Below, piece after piece: positions 1-8,254 of a stretch of DNA of 24,000 nucleotides (position 1 is its first letter; each line of letters opens with the position of its first letter). Under the pieces are notes generated by a model. It searched no databases. It was not told where the DNA came from and was given only the letters and a program-made list of their open reading frames with translations. The stretch spans positions 2,967,501-2,991,500 of the forward strand of contig OY776489.1 of the NCBI GenBank assembly GCA_963675655.1. Direction: 5' to 3'. The position numbers and the translations under genes were made by a program. This stretch comes from Candidatus Limiplasma sp. Its GTDB lineage: Bacteria; Bacillota; Clostridia; Christensenellales; Aristaeellaceae.

Positions 1-1251
1 CCACGAAAGCGACATCAGCGATACGATCGGGGTATTCTGCATCAAAAAGTTTACAATTAAAGAGAATGCGACAAAGGCAATACAAAGGGCACGCATCGTC
101 CAAACGGTTGTTTTTGGCTTCATTTTGGGCGCTATTACGCCCAGTAGATCGACGGAGATAACCGAGGAGGAGGAAAGCACCAACGCGGTTAACGTGGAAA
201 TACTGGCGGATAACAGCAGTACGACGAATAGTCCCAGCATTGCATCCGGAATGCCGACGACAGTCGTATCGGTTAGCATGGTCGGCATAATCTGATCCAT
301 TGCCATTTGCCCGCTCTTTACCAGCGCAGCCATCGTGGTGGTACCATCCGCAGAAGCAATTTTACTAAGCACAACACGCCCGAAGCTGCCGGCGAAGTAT
401 GCACCGCCCGCAACGATAAACGCAAAAACAGTCGAAATAACCGTTGCGCGGGTTACGCTTTTTTCATCCTTAATCGCAAAGAATTTATGAATCATCTGTG
501 GCATACCCAGTACGCCCACAGAGGTAAGAATTACGTTACTGAGCAGCCAAAGTTCTTTCCCTTTCGGCGGCATAAGCGTATTCATGTTCTGTCCGCCTAT
601 TTCTTCCGTACCCAGCAGATTCAGCGCTGTTGCAGTGCCCCCTGCAGCCTTTACAATATAAACAACAATGGCTGTGATGCCCACCAGCATAATCAGTCCT
701 TGAATAAAATCCGTAATCGCCGTGGCTTTGTATCCGCCCGCAAACAGATAAATGGAAGCAAGCAAGGCAATACCGATTACGCACCATGTATAATCAAAGC
801 CAAACGCTTTGCTGAACATATTGCCAAGTCCTTTATATACGCTTGCGCTATAAGGCAGCAGGAAGATGAAAATCATCAGGCTTGCTAATACCTTTAATGT
901 TTTGCTCTGGTAGCGCTTCTCAAAGAAGCTGGGCAGTGTGGCTACTTGTAGGCGTTCCCCCATGCGACGCGTTGGCCGCGCCAACAACGCCCACGCCAAT
1001 AGGCTGCCGATCAGCGCATTACCGATTCCCAGCCAGATAGCCGATAAACCGGCATTCCAGCCCATGGAACCTGCATAGCCAACGATGATAACGGCAGAAA
1101 AATAACTGGCCCCATAGCTGAGTGCGCTCATCCATGGGCCAACGCTTCTGCCTCCTAAGAGGAAGCCGCTTAATGTCAGGTTTTTTCGTGCTGTGAAGAA
1201 GATAACAACAATCAACATGATTGCATAAGCTACCAATACTACTAACTTCAT
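1..1251 (-). CDS. Sodium:solute symporter (SSF) family transporter; N-terminal 417 codons only, the C-terminus lies beyond the window edge
   Basis: Absent from the ORF track because it runs off the edge. Hand translation from the ATG at 1251-1249 stays open to position 1: MKLVVLVAYAIMLIVVIFFTARKNLTLSGFLLGGRSVGPWMSALSYGASYFSAVIIVGYAGSMGW... This shows the LGGRSxGP...AS..S signature of PutP/PanF-type SSF carriers and many hydrophobic helices. A GGAAGG SD-like element lies about 14 nt upstream of the ATG. Confidence 0.8.
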   Translation of the reverse strand, partial: MKLVVLVAYAIMLIVVIFFTARKNLTLSGFLLGGRSVGPWMSALSYGASYFSAVIIVGYAGSMGWNAGLSAIWLGIGNALIGSLLAWALLARPTRRMGERLQVATLPSFFEKRYQSKTLKVLASLMIFIFLLPYSASVYKGLGNMFSKAFGFDYTWCVIGIALLASIYLFAGGYKATAITDFIQGLIMLVGITAIVVYIVKAAGGTATALNLLGTEEIGGQNMNTLMPPKGKELWLLSNVILTSVGVLGMPQMIHKFFAIKDEKSVTRATVISTVFAFIVAGGAYFAGSFGRVVLSKIASADGTTTMAALVKSGQMAMDQIMPTMLTDTTVVGIPDAMLGLFVVLLLSASISTLTALVLSSSSVISVDLLGVIAPKMKPKTTVWTMRALCIAFVAFSLIVNFLMQNTPIVSLMSLSW

Positions 1252-1311
1252 CGTGTAATACCGCCTTCCATACTACTTTGTTTCTGTATGCACAGAAACA
1301 CTACAACTAGC

Positions 1312-1339
1312 ATTATACCTGATTTGGCGAAAAATGCAA
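1312..1339 (-). promoter_or_regulatory. Sigma-A-type promoter candidate for the SSF transporter (TTGCAT-16 nt-TATAAT)
   Basis: The minus strand reads TTGCATTTTTCGCCAAATCAGGTATAAT. The -35 is at 1339-1334 and the -10 at 1317-1312, about 60 nt upstream of the ATG at 1251. Confidence 0.5.
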
Positions 1340-1414
1340 CAGAAAAAGACAAGTCCAACCTGCTAAATGCTTGTCTTTTCTGTTGAAAGATCTGATATAT
1401 GCTTGCTATCAGAT
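1328..1414 (-). terminator. Two consecutive hairpins downstream of the MscS gene; the second is followed by a T-rich tract (probable intrinsic terminator)
   Basis: Hairpin 1 is ATCTGATA/TATCAGAT at 1390-1414. Hairpin 2 is CAGAAAAGACAAG/CTTGTCTTTTTCTG (13 bp with one bulge) at 1340-1382, followed on the minus strand by TTGCATTTTTCG. Confidence 0.5.
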
Positions 1415-1438
1415 ATTGCGAAAACCGAACTCGAAAAA

Positions 1439-2497
1439 TCAGCCTTTATCGTCTTTTTCAATAAAAAGGGTTTGCGTCGGATAGGCAAAATCAAACCCGG
1501 AATCGTCAAATTGCTGTTTGATTTTCAGGTTTACTTCCTGCTGCCTGTCCATAAATAAATTATAATCCGAGCTAAGGATGAAGTACACAATTTCAAAATT
1601 CAGGCTGGAATCGCCAAAGGAAGAAAAATGTACGCGTCCAAACGTCGTATCCGGTACGGAATCAATGATCTCTTTTAATATGCCTGGAATTTTTTTCAAT
1701 TCCTCTGCAGTGGTCTGATAGGTAACCCCTATATGAAATAGTACGCGGCGTTTCTCAAGCGTTTTATAATTTTGAATACGGGAACTTGTTAAATCTTTAT
1801 TGGACATTATCAACTGTTCCCCATCCAATGTACGAAGTCGCGTGGTTTTCACCCCAATGTGCTCAACCGTGCCGGACTGATCGCCAACAACAATATAATC
1901 CCCAATTTCGAATGGACGGTCAAAGAAAATCGTGAAATAGCAAAAAATGTCTTCCAGCACAACTTGTGCGGCAAAGGCAACCGCCAATCCGCTAATACCA
2001 AGCCCGGCGATCAGTGCATCGATTTTTACACCGATGTTTTGCAGGAAGAGGATAACGATGATGCTCCACATCAGGAACTTCACGATGCCAACAACCCATT
2101 GCACGGCAACTTTGCTGTCTCCGGCTGTTTTTTGTTGCCGCCAATATTGCTTGATCGCAAACGTGGCAATATGGGAGAAAAATAAGCCGCCAACGATCGT
2201 AGCAAATACACGGATCGCGATATTAAGCATCGTGGTAAGGGCTGCTGAAAGAGTCAGCATCCTCGCGCAAAGTACAAGCACTGTAAAGTACAATACCGGG
2301 ATAATGTACTTTTTCACACTGTGAATCAGCATCCCGACGATAGGTTTTTTGGATTTTTCCCAAATTGCCTGCAAACGCTTCATCCCCGCTTTGGTAACCA
2401 ACCGAAGGATAAGCAAGCTCCCCAGCAGCGTTGCAATGAAGATCAGGTATTGCTGTATGGTATTTTGAAAAATAACATAATTTAAAACGACTGTCAC
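1439..2497 (-). CDS. Mechanosensitive ion channel family protein (MscS-like)
   Basis: 352-aa ORF with N-terminal TM helices followed by the MscS beta-domain pattern ...DRPFEIGDYIVVGDQSGTVEHIGVKTTRLRTLDGEQLIMSNKDL... GTG start with GAGGAGG 6 nt upstream. Confidence 0.9.
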   Translation of the reverse strand: MTVVLNYVIFQNTIQQYLIFIATLLGSLLILRLVTKAGMKRLQAIWEKSKKPIVGMLIHSVKKYIIPVLYFTVLVLCARMLTLSAALTTMLNIAIRVFATIVGGLFFSHIATFAIKQYWRQQKTAGDSKVAVQWVVGIVKFLMWSIIVILFLQNIGVKIDALIAGLGISGLAVAFAAQVVLEDIFCYFTIFFDRPFEIGDYIVVGDQSGTVEHIGVKTTRLRTLDGEQLIMSNKDLTSSRIQNYKTLEKRRVLFHIGVTYQTTAEELKKIPGILKEIIDSVPDTTFGRVHFSSFGDSSLNFEIVYFILSSDYNLFMDRQQEVNLKIKQQFDDSGFDFAYPTQTLFIEKDDKG

Positions 2498-2542
2498 AAC
2501 AGGCCTCCTCTCGCAGAAGTTATTTATAATGTAATGCTTTCT

Positions 2543-2998
2543 TTACGCCTGCTCCAGGTATGCGATAATCTCCCCAGCATTTAAATCCGGTTTAACCTTT
2601 GCGTAGATCTTTTCAATCTTACCTTCTTCATCAATCAGGTATGTGGTGCGCACAACTCCAAAAGAGGTTTTCCCGTATAACTTTTTCTCCTGCCATACTT
2701 CATACGCTTTTATCGCATCCAAATCTGGGTCTGACAGAAGAATGAAAGGTAAACCATATTTTTCTTTAAATTTAGTATGAGAGTTTTGACTGTCTTTGCT
2801 TACACCAATCACTTCCACGCCATGGGATTGCAGCACATCATATGCCATTTTAAAGGCCTGTGCTTCGCGCGTACAACCCGGCGTATTATCACGCGGATAA
2901 AAATACAGTACAACTTTTTTCCCGATAAAATCAGTCAGACTATGGTGAATCCCTTTTTCGTCCGGCAAGGTAAATGCCGGCGCCTTTTGACCTTCCAT
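2543..2998 (-). CDS. bcp: Thioredoxin-dependent thiol peroxidase (Bcp-type peroxiredoxin)
   Basis: Contains the peroxiredoxin active-site block VVLYFYPRDNTPGCTREA. I place the start at the ATG at 2998 (MEGQKAPAFTLPDEKG...) because GAGGAG lies about 13 nt upstream. The 18-codon extension in the ORF track is basic and lacks an SD. Confidence 0.9.
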   Translation of the reverse strand: MEGQKAPAFTLPDEKGIHHSLTDFIGKKVVLYFYPRDNTPGCTREAQAFKMAYDVLQSHGVEVIGVSKDSQNSHTKFKEKYGLPFILLSDPDLDAIKAYEVWQEKKLYGKTSFGVVRTTYLIDEEGKIEKIYAKVKPDLNAGEIIAYLEQA

Positions 2999-3069
2999 TA
3001 ACAAAGTAACTTCTCCTCGCTTTCTTTTTTTGGCGGTGTGCCGATTTATCATTGCTATACATTACAAAT

Positions 3070-3098
3070 AGTATACCATAAACGACTGTTGGGGTTAA
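3070..3098 (-). promoter_or_regulatory. Candidate promoter for bcp (TTAACC-17 nt-TGgTATACT, extended -10)
   Basis: The minus strand reads TTAACCCCAACAGTCGTTTATGGTATACT, about 70 nt upstream of the bcp start. Confidence 0.4.
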
Positions 3099-3184
3099 GC
3101 GTCTTGAGGATTTTATAATGAGGTTTTAGCGATAGAGAAAGAAATTTAAATACTCAAATAGTGCTTTGATTCCCTAAAGCTTTG

Positions 3185-4633
3185 CTATATTTTACTGAAT
3201 AACTTTACAAAGAAATCATAGCAGCGGTTCACGTTTACAATGCTGATACATTCGTTTGCCCCGTGTATTTTTGATAAATCATCATTTTCAATTAAATATG
3301 GTGTAAAACGGTAAATATGATCGCAAACCGTTTCATACTTTCGGGCATCTGTCCCCGCCATCACCAGATATGGCGCAACAATTGCGTTGGGGCATACCTC
3401 GTGTATCTGCTCCGCTACAAAGCGATAAGCATCGCAATCTGTCGGAGAAATCGCGGAAGGATCGTCCAGTACGATCGGTTCCAGCATAACAGGCAACTTC
3501 CTCAGCACTTTACGGATATGGGCAAGAAGATCATTACCATTTTCGCCGGGCAATATCCTGCAATTGATATAAGCATTGGATTGTTGTGGTACCACATTGG
3601 GTGCCTGGCTGCCTTGCGCCATAGTCACGGCTACGGTTGTACGCAATAGTGCGCTGCCGGTTTTTGTTCTCGAAAAAACAGCGATAAACAACGGTTGAAA
3701 CAGCCATAGATTTGCAAGAATCACACGATCCAACCCCTGCATGTAAGGGCCTAACTGGTATAAAAAGGCTCGCGTTGCATCTGTAAGGCGAGGACGGAAC
3801 GGATGCGCTTCCAACTTGCATAGTGCTTTGGCTAAAATGCCCAGCGATGTATGGCGTGCAGGCATGGAGGCGTGACCACCGTCTTGATTCACCGTCAAGC
3901 GAATATTGGCAAATCCTTTTTCGCCTATCCCTACCATTGCAATCGGTTCTTGAATCCCATCCAGCACATTACGGACAATGCATCCGCCTTCATCCAGTAC
4001 AAATTCAAATTGCAGATGCTTTTCCTGCAAGTACTTTACAATTTGCATTGCACCGGCTTCGCCGTTAATTTCTTCATCATGCCCAAAGGCGAAGTATACA
4101 TCACGCTTCAGCACATTTCCTGATTGGAGGATGTTTTCCAGCGCTTCCATAGCGGCGATGAAATGCGTTTTAGTATCCAATGTACCGCGGCCCCACACAT
4201 AGCCTTCCTGAATATCGCCGCTAAAGGGTGGATAACGCCATTCATTCGCGCTGTTCGGTTCGATGGGGACGACATCCATATGCGCAGTAATGAGAATTGG
4301 CTTTTTATCTGCCTGTGAGTTGGGCGATGCATAATGATAAAGCAAGCTATATTGATTAATAACGGTTTTTTCGCATTGCTGATGCACCAATGGAAACATC
4401 GTTTCCAAAAGTGCATGAAGCTGTAAAAATGCTTCACCGTCTGTTTGCTTTCCATCCATCTTAGATATCGTTGCAATACGAACAGCCCTTGCCAGTTTTT
4501 CCGCAACCGGCATAGCGTTAGATTCTGGATAGCTTTGACCTTGCTGCTGAACTGCGGGTTTAAAGTGAATGGTACGAAGGGCAACAATGATTGCTAAGAT
4601 AAGAAGCATTACGATGAAAATAATAATAGGCAC
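3185..4633 (-). CDS. M20 family metallopeptidase (carboxypeptidase/dipeptidase-like) with an N-terminal membrane anchor
   Basis: 482-aa ORF with M20 metal-site blocks ILITAHMDVVP, WGRGTLDTK and FGHDEEINGEAGA. The N-terminus MPIIIFIVMLLILAIIVAL is a single TM helix. The GTG start has only a weak SD, so the exact start is uncertain. Confidence 0.85.
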   Translation of the reverse strand: MPIIIFIVMLLILAIIVALRTIHFKPAVQQQGQSYPESNAMPVAEKLARAVRIATISKMDGKQTDGEAFLQLHALLETMFPLVHQQCEKTVINQYSLLYHYASPNSQADKKPILITAHMDVVPIEPNSANEWRYPPFSGDIQEGYVWGRGTLDTKTHFIAAMEALENILQSGNVLKRDVYFAFGHDEEINGEAGAMQIVKYLQEKHLQFEFVLDEGGCIVRNVLDGIQEPIAMVGIGEKGFANIRLTVNQDGGHASMPARHTSLGILAKALCKLEAHPFRPRLTDATRAFLYQLGPYMQGLDRVILANLWLFQPLFIAVFSRTKTGSALLRTTVAVTMAQGSQAPNVVPQQSNAYINCRILPGENGNDLLAHIRKVLRKLPVMLEPIVLDDPSAISPTDCDAYRFVAEQIHEVCPNAIVAPYLVMAGTDARKYETVCDHIYRFTPYLIENDDLSKIHGANECISIVNVNRCYDFFVKLFSKI

Positions 4634-4660
4634 TTTAGCACCGGCTTTCTGCTTTGGTTA

Positions 4661-6136
4661 TTAAAAGGGACCGTATTGAATTGCGACGCCAATCAACAGA
4701 AATACACAAGCGAGTACCAGTGAAAATAACTGTAGCTTAATCGTCCACTTCATCCACTTGGTGTATGTTACTACGGTTAATCCCAGGCAGATGAGCAATA
4801 CAGGGTTTGTCGGGTAAATGATATTGGAAAATCCGTCACCAAAGCAAAATGCAAGCACTGATGTTTGCCGGGTGATTCCTACTAAATCGGATAACGGCGC
4901 GATCAGCGGCATAACTAAGAAAGCTTTCGCGGACGAGGAACCAACAAACAATTCCAGCAGCAGAATAAGCGCGTATACCAGCAAAATGGCGACATACGGG
5001 GATGTAGTCATAATCGCATTCGCTGTATAATACAAAATAGTATCCATGATTCCGCCTTCACTGATGATGTATTTAACGCTCATCGCCAGTAGAATCAGCA
5101 CAATACCAGGAGCAATGCCTAAAGCTGCTTTCCAAAGGATGGCCAGTCTTTCCAAAAGGGGTATTTTTACAATTTTAGCGGCAACCAGTCCCCCAACCAG
5201 CAATAAAATACCTAAGAGGGGTAAAATCAAATCCGAAAGCAGCGGCACAAAAGACGCTGCGATAATCAGAAGTAAGATGACAATAACAAATACAGTAAAA
5301 GTGATAGCGGCACGGCGAATCCGGGAATATTGCTCCGGCGTTTTTTCGCTCAGCATCATCTGCACGCTGTCTATATCCCGGTATTTTTCGCGCAGGTGAA
5401 CATCGTCACCGTATATTAATGATTTTGTCGGCTCCTTCTCGATTCTCTTTGCATATCGATACAGAAAGAAGAATACAACGCCGTAATAGATGAGGAAGAT
5501 GATTAACCTGTACCCAAAACCGGAATACAATGGTAAATCGGCAATTTCTTGCGTGATGGCGATTGAAAAAGGGTTGGATATTGCGGCCGTAAAGCCAAAA
5601 CAGGAAGCGAGTAAGCTCATACCGAGCCCAACCAGCGAATCCCAGCCAAGGCAATACGCCAGCGCGATAATCATCGGGACTAAAGCTATATTTTCTTCAA
5701 ACGTGCCTAAAACAGCGCCCATCAGCATAAAGAAAAATACAATGATCGCCATCAGCAGATATTTATAATTGCTGAAGCGATTCACAATTTTGATGATGAA
5801 CAGCGACATAATATTGCTCTTTTCCAGCAGTGAAAATGCCATGCTCACCGCTAAAAGAAAAAAGATAATCACGGCAATAACGGCGCCATCCGTGCTGAAC
5901 AGTACTTCAAACGGTGCGGTAAACCAGCGGTATACCGGCAGCCTTACAGCGCTTGTGAATTGAAAAGAGCCTTGTATCAATACCTCTTTTCCATTGACTG
6001 TGTCCCGTTGATAGCTTCCAGTAGGGATGATTTGCGTGAGAATTCCAACAGCGATAATAAGACAAAATAAAATAGAAAAAGCAATGAGAAATGTTCTCTT
6101 GCCAATTTTAAGCGACGCTTCTTCATGTGACTGCAT
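4661..6136 (-). CDS. yfcC: YfcC-family (DcuC-like) polytopic membrane carrier
   Basis: 491-aa hydrophobic ORF. Its C-terminal block SSSAKAFLVMPLIAPLSDLVGITRQTSVLAFCFGDGFSNIIYPTNP closely resembles the E. coli YfcC segment as I remember it (...[40 protein letters not shown]...). ATG start with AGGGAGGA 10 nt upstream. Confidence 0.85.
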   Translation of the reverse strand: MQSHEEASLKIGKRTFLIAFSILFCLIIAVGILTQIIPTGSYQRDTVNGKEVLIQGSFQFTSAVRLPVYRWFTAPFEVLFSTDGAVIAVIIFFLLAVSMAFSLLEKSNIMSLFIIKIVNRFSNYKYLLMAIIVFFFMLMGAVLGTFEENIALVPMIIALAYCLGWDSLVGLGMSLLASCFGFTAAISNPFSIAITQEIADLPLYSGFGYRLIIFLIYYGVVFFFLYRYAKRIEKEPTKSLIYGDDVHLREKYRDIDSVQMMLSEKTPEQYSRIRRAAITFTVFVIVILLLIIAASFVPLLSDLILPLLGILLLVGGLVAAKIVKIPLLERLAILWKAALGIAPGIVLILLAMSVKYIISEGGIMDTILYYTANAIMTTSPYVAILLVYALILLLELFVGSSSAKAFLVMPLIAPLSDLVGITRQTSVLAFCFGDGFSNIIYPTNPVLLICLGLTVVTYTKWMKWTIKLQLFSLVLACVFLLIGVAIQYGPF

Positions 6137-6294
6137 AAACGATTGCGTCCTCCCTTTTCCAGTTCATTATTTGGCATATTCATACAGAATAGCTGCTTTA
6201 ATAGCGCGTATAATCATGCCAATGAAACAACAAGCCATTGACAATACATACATAAAGCCGTCTGCACTACATGGATAATTATTCAATTATATGT

Positions 6295-6323
6295 ATTATA
6301 TCGATTCAAATTTCACACGTCAA
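6295..6323 (-). promoter_or_regulatory. Near-consensus sigma-A promoter (TTGACG-17 nt-TATAAT) for the yfcC/M20 peptidase pair
   Basis: The minus strand reads TTGACGTGTGAAATTTGAATCGATATAAT. The -35 is at 6323-6318 and the -10 at 6300-6295. This predicts a leader of about 150 nt before the yfcC ATG at 6136. Confidence 0.65.
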
Positions 6324-6372
6324 TATAAATTGAATATGAAAACAAAACAAATACGAAAAGCGAAACTATTCT

Positions 6373-8061
6373 TTAGTTAGGAAGCAAGCAGAAAGTATCG
6401 CATACGTCTCCGCTTTCATTATTCAGCTTCTCAATACAATAGATAAACGCTTCCACCGCTTCGGGATCGAACTGTGTCCCGCTGCAGCGTTCCAACTCAA
6501 TCAGCGCCTGTTTAAACGTCTTGGTTTTCTGATAAGGGCGAAGCGAGGTCATCGCGTCAAAAGAGTCGACAACAGCCAGAAGCCTGGCAAGATAATGAAT
6601 ATTCTCGCCTTTCAGCCCCAGCGGATACCCCTTGCCGTCATAACGCTCATGGTGCTGCAATATAATCGGCCGTATTTCTTCCATGGCTTCATTATTCTTA
6701 ATAATATCCACAGCGTATTGAGGGTGATTCTTTAAAATCTCCCATTCCTCATTGGTAAGGGGTTCGGTTTTATTCAATATCTCTTCCTTGATATTGATTT
6801 TACCAATATCATGCAGATAAGCGGAATAAACCAGTTTACGCTTTTCGTCAGGGCTGATATTCAGCTTATCCGCTAAAAGATTCGAATAGAATACGACGCG
6901 TTCTACATGCCGGTAGGTATACTTGTCCTTCGCGTTAATTACAGCGATGAGTGTTTTGATTTGGGTAATCACTTCCGGCGCAAAGTGGAATTCATCCAAA
7001 ATAGAGAAGTATAATTCTACGCGATTTTTGCACAGGAATTTTGCGCGGTAACAAGCATCATCTGCGCTCTTAATCAGCTCTGCGTCCGTTTTCACCTTGC
7101 TGGGGAAAGAGGATACACCTACGGACACCGTAAGATTGCCGCCTGGTAAATTTTCCTGCCCATCAAACGGATATTCCTGAACAGCACGGCGTAATTTTTC
7201 CGCCTCCGCAAAAGCTTGCTCCTCATCATAATAGCTGAGCAAGACGGCAAATTCTTCCCCTCCATATCGGGCGATGAACGTTTCTTTAGCGAAGGTTGCC
7301 TTCATAATCAAAGCGATAGACCGCAGTACATCGTCGCCTTTTTGATGGCCATACAGGTCATTGTAGTACTTGAAATTATCAATATCAATAAAAAGCAGAG
7401 AAACCGGAAAATGCTTTTCTTCCGCTTCGCGTATCTGACTTGAAAGGTACTCATAGAAATATCGATGGTTATACAGTTCGGTAAGCCCATCGATATTGGC
7501 GATTTCCTTCAAGTAATCGATGTGCTTTTTACGAATGTCGTCATAGTATCCCACGGTCCAGGAAATAATCAAAAATACGCAAGCCAGAATAATATCGCTT
7601 TCAAAGTAAGTATTGACTGCCCCTCTGGGAGCAAATATTAAATCTACTCCTAAAACTATAGTAGCGGAAAGACCTGCTACAGTCATACTTGTTTTTTGGC
7701 TGCATTCAATACTGGTAAATAAAATTACAAATATAAATAAAAATTTGTAGCTGCTTTCATAAGAGCCTGTCATAACCACAGAAACCAATGCAATTGACAT
7801 GGATACAACTGGATCAATTAATTTTCGCGTTACTGATTTATTCGCAATTTTCGATTGCAGATAAATCCACAGCATATAAATAACCAGAATGATCAGGAGA
7901 ATGGAAATTGTTAAGACCCCGTGCGTGACATAGGATAAAAAGCCGGGCATCTTTGAATAGTATTGCAAAAACGCGATCGCTGGGAAAGCAAGCGACGATA
8001 TTTTGATAATATTCAGTATTTGTTGAATTTGTTCTTTATTATCCTTTTCCAAGATCGTCAC
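6373..8061 (-). CDS. Polytopic membrane protein with a GGDEF (diguanylate cyclase) domain and an HD-GYP (c-di-GMP phosphodiesterase) domain
   Basis: About six predicted TM helices, then ...DGLTELYNHRYF...RYGGEEFAVLL (GGEEF at 7249-7263). These are followed by HDIGK (6798-6812) and HHERYDGKGYP (6622-6654). The start is uncertain: GTG at 8061 or TTG at 8052, with GGAAGG upstream, or the ATG at 7950. The 622-aa track ORF starting at 8241 is rejected because that stretch is agrD read in another frame. Confidence 0.85.
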   Translation of the reverse strand: MTILEKDNKEQIQQILNIIKISSLAFPAIAFLQYYSKMPGFLSYVTHGVLTISILLIILVIYMLWIYLQSKIANKSVTRKLIDPVVSMSIALVSVVMTGSYESSYKFLFIFVILFTSIECSQKTSMTVAGLSATIVLGVDLIFAPRGAVNTYFESDIILACVFLIISWTVGYYDDIRKKHIDYLKEIANIDGLTELYNHRYFYEYLSSQIREAEEKHFPVSLLFIDIDNFKYYNDLYGHQKGDDVLRSIALIMKATFAKETFIARYGGEEFAVLLSYYDEEQAFAEAEKLRRAVQEYPFDGQENLPGGNLTVSVGVSSFPSKVKTDAELIKSADDACYRAKFLCKNRVELYFSILDEFHFAPEVITQIKTLIAVINAKDKYTYRHVERVVFYSNLLADKLNISPDEKRKLVYSAYLHDIGKINIKEEILNKTEPLTNEEWEILKNHPQYAVDIIKNNEAMEEIRPIILQHHERYDGKGYPLGLKGENIHYLARLLAVVDSFDAMTSLRPYQKTKTFKQALIELERCSGTQFDPEAVEAFIYCIEKLNNESGDVCDTFCLLPN

Positions 8062-8079
8062 ATCGCCTTCCAAGATCGT

Positions 8080-8120
8080 GAATAGGTAAAGGAAGATGGG
8101 AGGCGACGCTATCGCCCCCC
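8080..8120 (-). terminator. GC-rich hairpin with a U-rich tail immediately after agrD (terminator or attenuator candidate)
   Basis: The minus strand reads GGGGGGCGA-TAGCG-TCGCCTCCC, a 9-bp stem with one G.U pair at 8098-8120, followed by ATCTTCCTTTACCTATTC. It lies between the agrD stop (8132) and the candidate starts of the GGDEF/HD-GYP gene. Confidence 0.5.
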
Positions 8121-8131
8121 ACTGCGTCTGC

Positions 8132-8254
8132 TTACTTGTTGCGCAGAGACGCGGGCTCCTGCGGCTGGTAGAAGAACCAGTAGCAGGCAGAGGAAGCGAC
8201 CAGCGCCGCAACAACGGTGCTGACAGCGGCGATAACGCCATAGAACTTCTTCAT
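8132..8254 (-). CDS. agrD: AgrD-type cyclic (thio)lactone autoinducing peptide precursor, 40 aa
   Basis: Too short for the ORF track; translated by hand codon by codon: MKKFYGVIAAVSTVVAALVASSACYWFFYQPQEPASLRNK*. The ATG overlaps the agrB stop (ATGA), and GGAAGGAGG lies 7 nt upstream. It has an amphipathic leader, a single Cys, a hydrophobic 5-residue CYWFF segment and a Pro/Glu-rich tail, which is the clostridial AgrD layout. Confidence 0.85.
   Translation of the reverse strand: MKKFYGVIAAVSTVVAALVASSACYWFFYQPQEPASLRNK

Noticed and set aside
307-888. Plus-strand ORFs such as 307-888, 1859-2324, 11681-12163, 13460-13894, 14805-15221, 17204-17734, 21635-22063 and 22760-23179
   Set aside because: All lie antisense to long minus-strand genes that have clear family signatures. 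Their products are low-complexity or Arg/Cys-rich, have no SD sites and carry no recognisable motifs. They are treated as shadow ORFs.
8062-8241. N-terminal 60 codons of the 622-aa track ORF (MALSPLSAPLLRRWSLPLPATGSSTSRRSPRLCATSKQ...)
   Set aside because: This Arg/Ser/Pro-rich stretch is agrD and its terminator hairpin read in another frame. It has no SD, whereas agrD has a strong SD, is coupled to agrB and has a family-typical sequence. The GGDEF/HD-GYP gene more plausibly starts at 8061 or 8052.
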